The notes under the pieces: model-generated
Databases searched by the model: none
Told to the model about the DNA's origin: nothing
The model's input: only the letters and a program-made list of their open reading frames with translations
Source of the DNA: Candidatus Obscuribacteraceae bacterium
GTDB taxonomy: Bacteria; Cyanobacteriota; Vampirovibrionia; Obscuribacterales; Obscuribacteraceae
DNA: 64,000 nt
Direction: 5' to 3'
Assembly: GCA_044226015.1 (NCBI GenBank)
Contig: JBGAHS010000004.1
Span: forward strand, 512,001 to 576,000
Made by a program: the position numbers and the translations under genes
Shown: positions 11,201-18,687 of the stretch, piece after piece
Position numbering within the stretch: the first letter of the stretch is position 1
Layout of the letters: each line of letters begins with the position of its first letter

Positions 11201-14200
11201 AGGTGCCATCGGTGGCGCTGGAGGCAGTGGTGGCGCTGGAGCGGCAGCTGGTGTTTTGACTATAAACGCTAGTTCAGCAGCTGCAGGTGCTAATGCAGGC
11301 TTAGCATTATTCCCGAATGCCTTAGACCGTGGTTTGACAATAAACTCCGCAGGTGGTGCTGGAGGTGCAGGTGGTGGAGCCGGAATCGGTGGTATCGGTG
11401 CCAGCGCGGGCGGTAACTCAGGCGCTGGTGGTGTCGGTGGTGCCGGCGCTAGTGGCGGAGGCATTAAAATATCTACACCACAAGGGCAAGTCTCTACCGG
11501 CAATCGCAATCTTGGGCTTGCTGCGCAATTCATCTCCGTAGCCGGTGGCAATGGTGGCGCCGGTGGTGCTGGAGCAGCCGGAGGAGCCACCACGCTAGGT
11601 AAGTCTGGTAATGGTGGCGCGGGTGGTGCTGGTGCTGCAGGTGGCAACTCTGGGTCGATTAACATTAGCGCAGGGCCTGCTCCATCAGCGAACATAGCTG
11701 TAAACATTGATAGCCTGCTTATAGCTTCGGGTGGCAATGGTGGAGGCGGAGGTGCTGGTGGCGCCGGCGCTACTGGAGCCACCACTGCGACTTCTGGCAC
11801 TGGCGGCAACGGAGGAGTCGGTGGCAAAGCTGGCAATAGCGGTAACGTTACATTGGTCGGAAGCGGATTGAATACAATTATCCAGCTAAATAACGGCATT
11901 CAAGTAAGCGGTGGCAATGGTGGAAATGGCGGCGCAGGTGGTGCATCGGCAACCGGTATGAATGGCGCAGCTGCTGGAAATGGCGGTGCCGGTGGGGCTG
12001 CTGGCACAGTAGGAAGCATTGTGTTGAATGCACTTGGCTCAATAACTATGCCAAATGCAGTTTTGCAAACACTTGTTCTTGACGGAGGTAACGGCGGAAA
12101 TGGCGGTGCTGGTGGTTTGGCTGTCACATCAACCTTCTTTGGTGGGTCCGGCGGAAATGGTGGCACTGGTGGTGCTGGAACGGCCGCTGGCAAATTGACT
12201 TTGAACGCTAATTTTCTTTCTTTGCAGAATGTGAGTGCCAATGGCGGTTCAGGTGGTTCAGGTGCCAATGGTGGTGCGGGGGCTGGGTCTAGCGGCAACG
12301 GAGTCGGGGGCAAGGGCGGCAGCGGCGGAAACCAGGGCGTTTCTGGTGCCGCTGGACTCATCACTCTGACTGCTACTGGACTGACAGCGACCTCATTTAC
12401 TGAGGCCGCTGGAGCCATAATCAGGGCTAATGGAGGCACGGCCGCTGGTGCACCTGGTGCGGGTGGTGCAGGTGGGGGCGGCGTGACAAGCGGCGGCGCT
12501 GCTGGTCTAGCTGGTTCACCAACCTTGGGTACTAATGGGGGCAGTATAACTATTCATAGCGCTTTCGGCGTTGCGCTTGAGCAACTTAGCGCAGTGGGCG
12601 GAAATGGTGGCAACGGTGCTGCAGGCGGCGCAGGAGGTGCTATTCTTGCTCCTGATATAACATTAAAAGGAACAGGTGCCGCTGGCGCTAAAGGCTCTGC
12701 GGGCGCAGCAGGCGGTAAGGGTGGCACAGTACTCATAAGCGATGATAGTAGCGCAGGAATATTCTATTCAAACGCAGCTTTCTCTATTTCGGCAGCAGGC
12801 GGCAATGGTGGGCTTGCCTCTAATGGTGGCGCCGGTGGAGCCGGTGGAAACGGTGGTGGAGTTGGCGGAATAGGTGGCAGTGCCGGTAATTCTGGCGCTG
12901 GAGGCGCAGGCGGAATTGTCTCTCTGGTTTCATTGAAAGGTACTATCTATGATACTCTGGCTGGACTGCTGAGTGTTGCCGGTGGCAGCGCAGGGTCAGG
13001 CGCCGGCACGGGCAAAGGCGGTGCTGGTGGTAGCGGCTTCAAGGCTGGTGACGGTGGGTCCGGCGCCGCTGGTGGTGGAGGAGGCGCAGGCGGTTCGCTG
13101 TCTCTCAGCTCTCTCAATTTTGGAAATGCAGTAGCTACAAACGGCATTCCTATTCTGCTGGCTTCTGGTGGTGCCGGTGGTAGCGGCGGGTTCAGTGGTG
13201 GCGTAGGCGGTGCCGGTGTTGTCAGTTCGGGCATTGGTGGAAACGGTGGCAACGGGCTGAATGCTGGTGATGGTGGCGCAGGTGGCACGATTACGTTGAG
13301 CACTGCTGCCGGAACTTCGTCGTTTCCTACCAGGCTTTTGGCTAACATCAGTGCTGATGGTGGTGCCGGCGGAAGCATCACTGGCAGCACGCAGGCTAAT
13401 GGCGGGGTCGGACTCACTGCTGGTAAGGGTGGTTCGATGGGTGCTAGCGCTGCAGGCGGCAAAGGTGGCAGCATCACGATAGCAACGGGCAACACAAATT
13501 TGACAGCCGCAAACACACCGACACTCAGTGCTTCAGGAGGCGCTGCTGGTTCGTCTGACGCCTTTGCTGGAAACGGGGGGAACTCCACTTACGGAGTCGG
13601 CGGCGCGGGCGGCTCCAGTGCATCTGCTAAAAATGGTGGCGCAGGTGGTGTCATCACTTTGTCGACGCTCGGAACTGCTATCATCAATTTAAACGTAACA
13701 ATCAACTCTAAAGGCGGCGATGCTGGTGCTTATACTGCGGTGGCAGGCAATGGCGGCTCAGGCAGAACGTCCGTAGGTCTGGCAGGAACCGTAGGTGGTG
13801 CTGGCAATGGAGGAAATGGTGGTGCTGTAGCTTTGGGCGGCGTTTCGCAGAGCGGCAACATAACGGTGAACACGATAGGGCTTCAAGGTGGACTTGGCGG
13901 TGCAGCAACCGGTGCCCATGCCGGTAATCTCTCAGCCTTGGGTCTGACTGCTGCATCAGGAGGTGTCGGAGCTAATGGAGGCATTGGAGGGTCAGGCGGT
14001 GCTTTGACAGTCAAGACATCGGGCACTTTGACTTTGACCACTGTTAACCTCAATGGTGGCGCAGGTGGTGCAGGTGGAAGCGGTTCGAATGGGCTGGCAC
14101 CCTCCGGCATTCAACTTAATGGCGGAAAAGGGGCAAAAGGAGGTTCTGGCGGAAATGGTGGAGCTGCGGGAACTGTAAGCCTGAATTCAGCAGCTTTTAC

Positions 14201-16235
14201 ACTCAATACCGCATTCTTCGGAAATGGCGGCGCAGGCGGAGCAGGCGGAGCCGGAGGTATCGGCGGAGCAGGAATCAACACCGGCAGTTCTGGCCATGGT
14301 GGTGACGGCGGAGCTGGCGGTTCAGGAGGAAAAGCCTTAAGTGCAACTGTCACTTCTTCTGGCAATGTGTCACTCAACACTATAAATGCCACAGGTGGCG
14401 CAGCAGGAGCGGGCGGAGCCGGAGGTGCTGGCGGAGATACTGCTAATGGACTGACATTGCTTGCTGGAGGCTCTGGTGGCAACGGTGGTACCGCTGGCTC
14501 GGGCAGCAGCGGTGGGCTCTTCACGGTCAATGCCAGCGGTGCTGTGACCCTAAGCGGTACCGTCACCATGCGTGGTGGCAATGGTGCCTCGGGTGGCGTT
14601 GGTGGAAACGCTGGAACGCTCGTTGGCACAGGGGCTGATCAGACGGGCGGAAGCGGCGGGTCTGGTGGTACATCAGGTTCTGGAGGCAATGGCGGAGTCC
14701 TTTCGTTGACTTCTAGTGGACTATTAACCATTTCCAATAACGTAAATCTGAGTGGAGGTGCCGCGGGTGTAGGAGCCAACGGTGCTAACAGCTCAGGCGG
14801 AATTCTCGTTGGAGGAATTGGAGGTAGCGGTTCTGCTGCTGGTTTCGGTGGAGGCGGTGGTGTCATTTCCTTGAGTTCGACAGGTGGTCTCACTGTGCCG
14901 GTTGGCGTAACCGTGTTCACTGTTGCTGGTGCGAATGGTGCAGCCGGCGGAATCGGCGCTGCAGGTGGAAATGCTGCGACTGGAGGAGCTGGAGGAGCTG
15001 GAGGAGCTGGAGGCGTTGGTGGCTCTGGAGGTAATGGCGGTTCAATATCTGTGAATTCCAAAGCAGGCTCGGCGGTTTCAATCAATCAAAATTGGTCAGT
15101 CTTAGGTGGCAACGGTGCTGCCGGTGGTGCTGCTGGTAAAGGCGGTGATTCTAACACTGCAACTGGCATCGGAGGAGTAGGCGGTGCTGGAGCCACTGGC
15201 GGGTCTGGTGGACTGGCCGGCTCTGTCACAATTAGTGCCGGACCCACATCAGTAGACTTTGCTGGTAATGGTGTATTGGCTTCAGGCGGTAACGGTGCTA
15301 ACGGTTCGGCTGGCGGTGCTGGTGGCAACGCTACCGGAGGAACCAATGGTTCGGGAGGAAATGGCGGTAAAGGTGGCAATGCTGGAAGTGGTGGCAATAT
15401 TCAGATACCCGCAATTAGCACCAACTATGATGTTTTGACGTACAATATTTCCCCGAGCCCTGGGACAGCAGGCATCGGAGCCGCCGGAGGAGTCGCTGGT
15501 AGCGGTGGCACTGGTGGTGCTGCAGGAACTAAAGGTACTAATGGAAATCCAGGTAGTGTGGGCTCCTTTACCTTGCTTACCGATGCATCAGATGTCCAGG
15601 TCTCAGGCAAGAAACAGCGTAAGGCTGCTCCACAAGAGGACTCAGAATTCAAGACTGTCGGTTTTGTGCAAGCTGCCATTTCGTTCTCTGAGCGCTTAAT
15701 TCCAGCTGATAACGTGCTTCTTGGTGATCCTTCCAAAGATATGACAGCAGTCTGCGGCAAAACTACGGTTCATATTAAGAGAGGTGCGCTTGCCTTCATG
15801 GTTAATGATGGTGCTAGCATCTCTATTATGGCGATGGATGACAGAAATCATGGTGATGTCAGCGTCGAGCATTGCGGACAGCTGATCAGGTTGCGTGTCG
15901 GACAGGTTCTTATGCTTGAGAGCTCCGCTCCTTCTGTGCTGAATGGAAGCTGGTCTGCAAGGCATATTGCCGCGCGAGATAGTCTTGTTATTAAATTGAC
16001 AGACGGCACTAACGCAACATTAGGTGAGTTCTCGATACCGAATGCGATATCACAGTTGCCTGTGCTGAGCCAGCTAAAGAAATCGAATAACTCTGAGTCA
16101 CGAACGGCTTACTCTAGAATGCTGAAAAACGCAATTATTCTCCAGTCGCTAGGTTCAAAACGAGGTGCATTCAAGGTTCAAGAGCCGAGGGCTAGTAAGC
16201 CTGAAGCCAGGCTAGCCATGGGCAGTCTAAAGTAG
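5268..16235 (+). CDS. Giant (~3,655 aa) secreted Gly-rich repeat protein, adhesin or surface-protein-like
   Basis: Single 11-kb ORF; ATG 5268 after ggggagg; signal peptide-like N-terminus (RLVAVMAVCTIVYAQILPAMAA); many GGxGGxGG blocks alternating with beta-strand-like spacers; globular C-terminal domain. Confidence 0.9.
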   Translation: MYQNSWRNYRLVAVMAVCTIVYAQILPAMAAELVPTNAASIPVKPSLPLQLNLSSAGKTVRAPSGLSSPVSITVGGQQQLVNSGMMLTPAQAVAVQQVLNTGTQSLLLSMLGTASGGSVVLPEQRFSSIVVPRGVTVISDNSSGNGLNLSGTIRNAGNFYAVSTNSMVNNASISAFSINNLSGGLISSVLPSGGLAGFSNAVGNLSLTLNVAERLMNQGHISSAGALNIVGTTPNLLVNSTGGTMSAVTSINVSNLPNSSGNIAVIGGNWISPVFNVNACTSNVLVNVQQLSGIVNVAAANAHVFANTSELLLGDMNITEDPTFFNLGSISVVGQPPNTANEALTIISTADIDLGSFIYNTNQTGAAAQGYDITVIAGANAVAPFPSPLTSNLSAAINSGTVKVVSTGSLGGSTTGGSITCNGCTLNTSSTGVLNSGNIMLAAYQGTTVGSGNIDLSNSTLTTSSVSGNPGNITVIAPSGIILNTIAASGGTGGAKITVNSAHPTGSLTAAVDGSVTGSLSPSAVSQLGVISLNGAISAPSATLQVTSGGNIIVDNNITTSGIAGTGASGGNISISSGGDISLGLNNLANLSISAIGASGVFNAAQVGGAGGAGGIVNLAANGNFIKNANFLPYSVNTTGGAGALGGAGLAGGAGGVGGKITVFCRSMDLTLGLTAGTLTASGGVGGAGGAGVAGAVGTASSAGGAGGAGGNGGNGGAAGTISLTGTNVNPYNVPTLTSIGGAGGVGGIAGAGGAAGSNIQAGAGGISGNGGAGGAGGTISVKSTGIAVLSLQNTINASGGLGGAAGLAAAVNNNASGIGGAGSSTGSGGAGGAGGVIDIAAANSVNFTVSGSSVQLRTIGGDGGASASASAGGLSGNGAGANGGSAGNSGNGGAGGKITVTSSSGGISALVGNLAILATGGSGGLASTGLGGNGGVGSTDGGNGGSGASIGNAGNGGTITLTAAKGTISLGATAGSASQVSAYGGFNSALTSGNGGAGAAATGAGKGGSAGAAGANAKLGAGGNGGAITLSAKIVDFVNSTVNVSGGAGANGGSAGLAGASTFGISGNGAAGGSGGAGGSAGALTVNATDTLAVTTITSNQSFSLNGGAGGLGAAGSAGAGSVDSSRAGDGGAGGAGGAGGNGGIYIFNSLRNFALNGSLAASGSTGGAGGAGGGSASALTGASGGLGGAGAKGGNAGSITINTSSILSSATAGSITASGGVGGAGGAGGAGSAALGSGNGGNGGAGGNSANGGNGGVLSVTASGTMSFFTLTTNGGAAGSPGNGGAGGAASATVGGNGGNGGKTGIGASGGVGGTITLKGDPANSSVTLQGNLAASGGAGSAISATGGAGGAGNTLGGVGGAGLTSGSGGLAGKITVTGGDIQYSNGAATLISITANGGNGGLRSNGGNGGAATAGAGGAGGNAGNAGNAANGGVVTMTAFKSTGQIANSGAIGLAISAIGGLSSVAAASGVGGNGGQGATNGGNGGLGANSALQGNGGSIVLTAPAGISTGTAGAAALTATGNGSAVGRGGAGGTGGDAPLATNGVGNGGTGGAGGKGVAGGKGGTITLNTVNGNIILQGTVSVSGGAGAGGGNGGAGGGSVGNKAGNGGNGGLSAAGGAGGTITLNGGGTVLSINNAITALGGVGGAGGAGGSSTTINVNGGLLGGNGGTATAGAAGGAGGLINITALKATATLSANAVLLNASAGNGGAGGAGGAGSRGVTGGIGSAGGAGAVGGKGGTLKISTFAFNASASTQATLGLLTANGGNAGAGGAGGAGGASATGGNGGKAGVGGSGGAGGLGGQLSINTMDTSNAVGLNLSHASAAALSASAFGGNGGAGGAGGAGAFSSYAAAGSAGAGGIGGAGAKAGTIVISSKNELIFDGVDVSGGNAGAGGAGGSNANGTFTYNAMNVAGAGGAGGKGGAAGAGGSLALSASDLSFLPTNQFTVTLLDLSGGNGGTGGAGGAGGRSNVAAGAIGGAGGSGGAGAAAGVLTINASSAAAGANAGLALFPNALDRGLTINSAGGAGGAGGGAGIGGIGASAGGNSGAGGVGGAGASGGGIKISTPQGQVSTGNRNLGLAAQFISVAGGNGGAGGAGAAGGATTLGKSGNGGAGGAGAAGGNSGSINISAGPAPSANIAVNIDSLLIASGGNGGGGGAGGAGATGATTATSGTGGNGGVGGKAGNSGNVTLVGSGLNTIIQLNNGIQVSGGNGGNGGAGGASATGMNGAAAGNGGAGGAAGTVGSIVLNALGSITMPNAVLQTLVLDGGNGGNGGAGGLAVTSTFFGGSGGNGGTGGAGTAAGKLTLNANFLSLQNVSANGGSGGSGANGGAGAGSSGNGVGGKGGSGGNQGVSGAAGLITLTATGLTATSFTEAAGAIIRANGGTAAGAPGAGGAGGGGVTSGGAAGLAGSPTLGTNGGSITIHSAFGVALEQLSAVGGNGGNGAAGGAGGAILAPDITLKGTGAAGAKGSAGAAGGKGGTVLISDDSSAGIFYSNAAFSISAAGGNGGLASNGGAGGAGGNGGGVGGIGGSAGNSGAGGAGGIVSLVSLKGTIYDTLAGLLSVAGGSAGSGAGTGKGGAGGSGFKAGDGGSGAAGGGGGAGGSLSLSSLNFGNAVATNGIPILLASGGAGGSGGFSGGVGGAGVVSSGIGGNGGNGLNAGDGGAGGTITLSTAAGTSSFPTRLLANISADGGAGGSITGSTQANGGVGLTAGKGGSMGASAAGGKGGSITIATGNTNLTAANTPTLSASGGAAGSSDAFAGNGGNSTYGVGGAGGSSASAKNGGAGGVITLSTLGTAIINLNVTINSKGGDAGAYTAVAGNGGSGRTSVGLAGTVGGAGNGGNGGAVALGGVSQSGNITVNTIGLQGGLGGAATGAHAGNLSALGLTAASGGVGANGGIGGSGGALTVKTSGTLTLTTVNLNGGAGGAGGSGSNGLAPSGIQLNGGKGAKGGSGGNGGAAGTVSLNSAAFTLNTAFFGNGGAGGAGGAGGIGGAGINTGSSGHGGDGGAGGSGGKALSATVTSSGNVSLNTINATGGAAGAGGAGGAGGDTANGLTLLAGGSGGNGGTAGSGSSGGLFTVNASGAVTLSGTVTMRGGNGASGGVGGNAGTLVGTGADQTGGSGGSGGTSGSGGNGGVLSLTSSGLLTISNNVNLSGGAAGVGANGANSSGGILVGGIGGSGSAAGFGGGGGVISLSSTGGLTVPVGVTVFTVAGANGAAGGIGAAGGNAATGGAGGAGGAGGVGGSGGNGGSISVNSKAGSAVSINQNWSVLGGNGAAGGAAGKGGDSNTATGIGGVGGAGATGGSGGLAGSVTISAGPTSVDFAGNGVLASGGNGANGSAGGAGGNATGGTNGSGGNGGKGGNAGSGGNIQIPAISTNYDVLTYNISPSPGTAGIGAAGGVAGSGGTGGAAGTKGTNGNPGSVGSFTLLTDASDVQVSGKKQRKAAPQEDSEFKTVGFVQAAISFSERLIPADNVLLGDPSKDMTAVCGKTTVHIKRGALAFMVNDGASISIMAMDDRNHGDVSVEHCGQLIRLRVGQVLMLESSAPSVLNGSWSARHIAARDSLVIKLTDGTNATLGEFSIPNAISQLPVLSQLKKSNNSESRTAYSRMLKNAIILQSLGSKRGAFKVQEPRASKPEARLAMGSLK

Positions 16236-16453
16236 CTAGTTGCGCATCTTTAGCACAAGACCATACATGATTTTGTGATTCGAGCTGCATGCTAGTGCAG
16301 TGCCAATGCGTGCTTTTGCTAGATTCAGAGTAAATGCATTATTTTTGCTTTTGTTTCGTTGCTAACTGATGCAATTACGTATTTCTAATTCAAGTCATGT
16401 AGTAGTAACCTTGAATCGTCTAATGTGTTGCTGTTAACGCGGGGTTGGTTGAG

Positions 16454-17341
16454 ATGGCAGACTCGATTGATTTTACTTCCAAGCTTAGTCGTACAGATTT
16501 GCTCCATACAGAGCGGAGTGCGTCGGCTGCATTGGTTGAAGACACGTATTCCTACATCAAAGAGAACCCAATTAAGACTGGTATTTACGCAGCTGGTACT
16601 TTGGCAGGTGCCTGGGCTATCAGTCGCGTTGGTGCGGCAATGGTTAGAGGCGAAAGGGCTCTCGAACAAGCAGCTGTCGGGGAACTCACACAACTAGAAT
16701 TTAGAGCAGGCAAGGGGGTGCTGAAAACTCGTGAGGGTGCAGCTATACCCGACCTTGAGCGTCCCTTCGTCTCTGAGTCCGCTTTGCACTTAGGCAAGCT
16801 TACCGATAAAGCCAGGGAATCATATGCTTCAGATCTGATAAAGCTATGGGGAATGCCTCGCACCGCTGCTGCAGAACTTGGAGAGAGCGCGGAGTCGTTT
16901 GCAGGACGAATGTTGATGGAGAGGGCGTAACTTACTCGAGAATTTGTCACACCAGAAGCGACCGCAAAAGAGCTGGAGAAAATTCTGGGGCTAAACGGTC
17001 TGTCAACGGGTGCAGAGCTAGCGGGGCGTGAATTGGCAATCGCAAGTGATGCCACTTTAGTTAAAGCTGCTGAGGAACTGCAGTTCAAGCATGTGCCACA
17101 GCTAGGGCAATTCCTAAAGGGAACCGGAAAAATAAGTGAGACGCAAATCGAGGCAGCCTTGCAAATCCAGAGAGGACTTCCGAAGGACGGTCCTCGCAAA
17201 CTTTTGGGTGAAATTCTTGTAGAAAACAAGTTAGCTGCGCAGGCTGATGTTGATCTGGCATTTGCCAACCAGCAGGAGTTAAAGAGTGCCCTGCGCACAG
17301 TGCGTGAAAAATTCCTGTCTACTATCAAGATTGAGAAGTAG
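16454..17341 (+). pseudogene. Membrane-anchored protein with C-terminal MshEN-like domain, interrupted by in-frame TAA at 16928-16930
   Basis: ORFs 16445-16930 and 17033-17341 are in the same frame with no other stop between them; C-terminus QLGQFLKGTGKISETQIEAALQIQ...LLGEILVENKL. Confidence 0.7.
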
Positions 17342-17405
17342 TAAAATAGTCGCGTTGGCGGGTCAGTCTTTCTGTTCCGTGGTTGAAATCAAGGCGTAAG
17401 CGTTA

Positions 17406-18650
17406 GTGCAGTTCAATCGAATGCGTATATATTCGAATAATCTGATGAGCAAGCTATCCGAAACTTTCTCAGGGTCAGCCCTGCTCAGTTTCGTATTGCT
17501 GCTTGTTACTTTAGGGCTAGCCACAATCTCCTCTTTTGCTGAAAGTTCCAATGCTGGAAGTATAGACTCTCCCGACTCAGTAAAAGTTAAAAAGACGGAG
17601 CGCAAGGTTTGGGTGAGGACGAGTGCTCGACGTTGTGATTTCATTGTTTTTTCACAAGCAGATCAGAGCTACGATGGCTCATTTGGTGGAGCCGATTGCA
17701 GGGTGCGTGGCGCTCTTGGGACAATTTTGAGTATCGATAGCGGACTTGCGCTGCTCCATAATGGCAGTACTTTTGTTGAATGTAGAAAAGGGCAAGCAAA
17801 TCTTTCAACAAAATCCTTTTCCTTAAAACTCCCTTCTAGCAGTTCTGTAATGATAGAAGTAATTCCCTCAGAGAACATCGAAAAAATTGCCTATCGACCT
17901 GCTGAAAGCAAAACAAGTCTTTCCGTATCCGTGAAAAAGACAAAGGAGACCATATTGCTAAGTCCAAACCAGCAGGTTCTTTTCTTAAATGGTGAAGCAA
18001 AAATCACGGATATCAACGATAATGAATTTTCGCTGGCAGCTGGTGCTAATCAACAGCATACAGCTCCGCTTCATTTGCTGGGCGCTGAAGCATCAGAGTT
18101 TCGTTGCTCGGAACCGAATGTGGTATCACTTCGAGTAGGGCAAGTATTTGCTTTGGTTCCAGACCACTTGATCGTGCGCACTGAATTAGGAGATGTAATT
18201 GCAGATAAGGGGGCGTTGATTGATGTCGATACTGACAGTGAAGTTTTGAGAGTAAAGTCTCTGAGCCAGTCAGGACACGCTTCTGTCGACCTGTTGAGGG
18301 ACAAGCTTCAAGTCAGCCCTTCCGAAGAGTTAGTCCTTAGTTCACGAAAACTAAGCGATAGTGATGTCTTTACAGCAGATGGTATAGGTCGTCGACGTGT
18401 TGAGGATATCAAAATGAAATCATCAATCAACGGAATAAGGTGCGATTTTTCAATGATTTCTTTTTTGCACCAGTGTGATCATGTGGCTGGCGTCCGTCGA
18501 GCGTTGAATGGTGATATGAAGGATCTAAGAGAGCGCATTTTGAAAACTGCATCTGCTGTGCAGATCGTGACGAGTAAATATGGCACCTATCGAGCTTCGG
18601 CTAAGGGGGTGCGAAAGCGAAATATAAGGAGAAGGGATTCGAGCGCATGA
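17406..18650 (+). CDS. Exported protein with two FecR-like beta-rich repeats and a C-terminal domain shared with the giant Gly-rich protein
   Basis: Hydrophobic N-terminal segment LLSFVLLLVTLGLATISSFA; repeated LxxGxxF...LSPxxxxxL pattern; exact start uncertain. Confidence 0.75.
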   Translation: MQFNRMRIYSNNLMSKLSETFSGSALLSFVLLLVTLGLATISSFAESSNAGSIDSPDSVKVKKTERKVWVRTSARRCDFIVFSQADQSYDGSFGGADCRVRGALGTILSIDSGLALLHNGSTFVECRKGQANLSTKSFSLKLPSSSSVMIEVIPSENIEKIAYRPAESKTSLSVSVKKTKETILLSPNQQVLFLNGEAKITDINDNEFSLAAGANQQHTAPLHLLGAEASEFRCSEPNVVSLRVGQVFALVPDHLIVRTELGDVIADKGALIDVDTDSEVLRVKSLSQSGHASVDLLRDKLQVSPSEELVLSSRKLSDSDVFTADGIGRRRVEDIKMKSSINGIRCDFSMISFLHQCDHVAGVRRALNGDMKDLRERILKTASAVQIVTSKYGTYRASAKGVRKRNIRRRDSSA

Positions 18651-18687
18651 CGGTTCAGTCTCTGCTTGCCCATCTCAATTCTATTTT

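Noticed and set aside
5330..15965. Many Pro/Ala-rich minus-strand ORFs
   Set aside because: Antisense shadows of GGN/GCN codons in the giant Gly-rich gene
5268..16235. Mycobacterial PE_PGRS, autotransporter or RTX assignment
   Set aside because: No PE domain, no C-terminal beta-barrel with terminal aromatic residue, no GGxGxDxL nonapeptides
16585..17328. 247-aa minus-strand ORF
   Set aside because: Antisense to the interrupted MshEN-like gene, which has recognisable motifs
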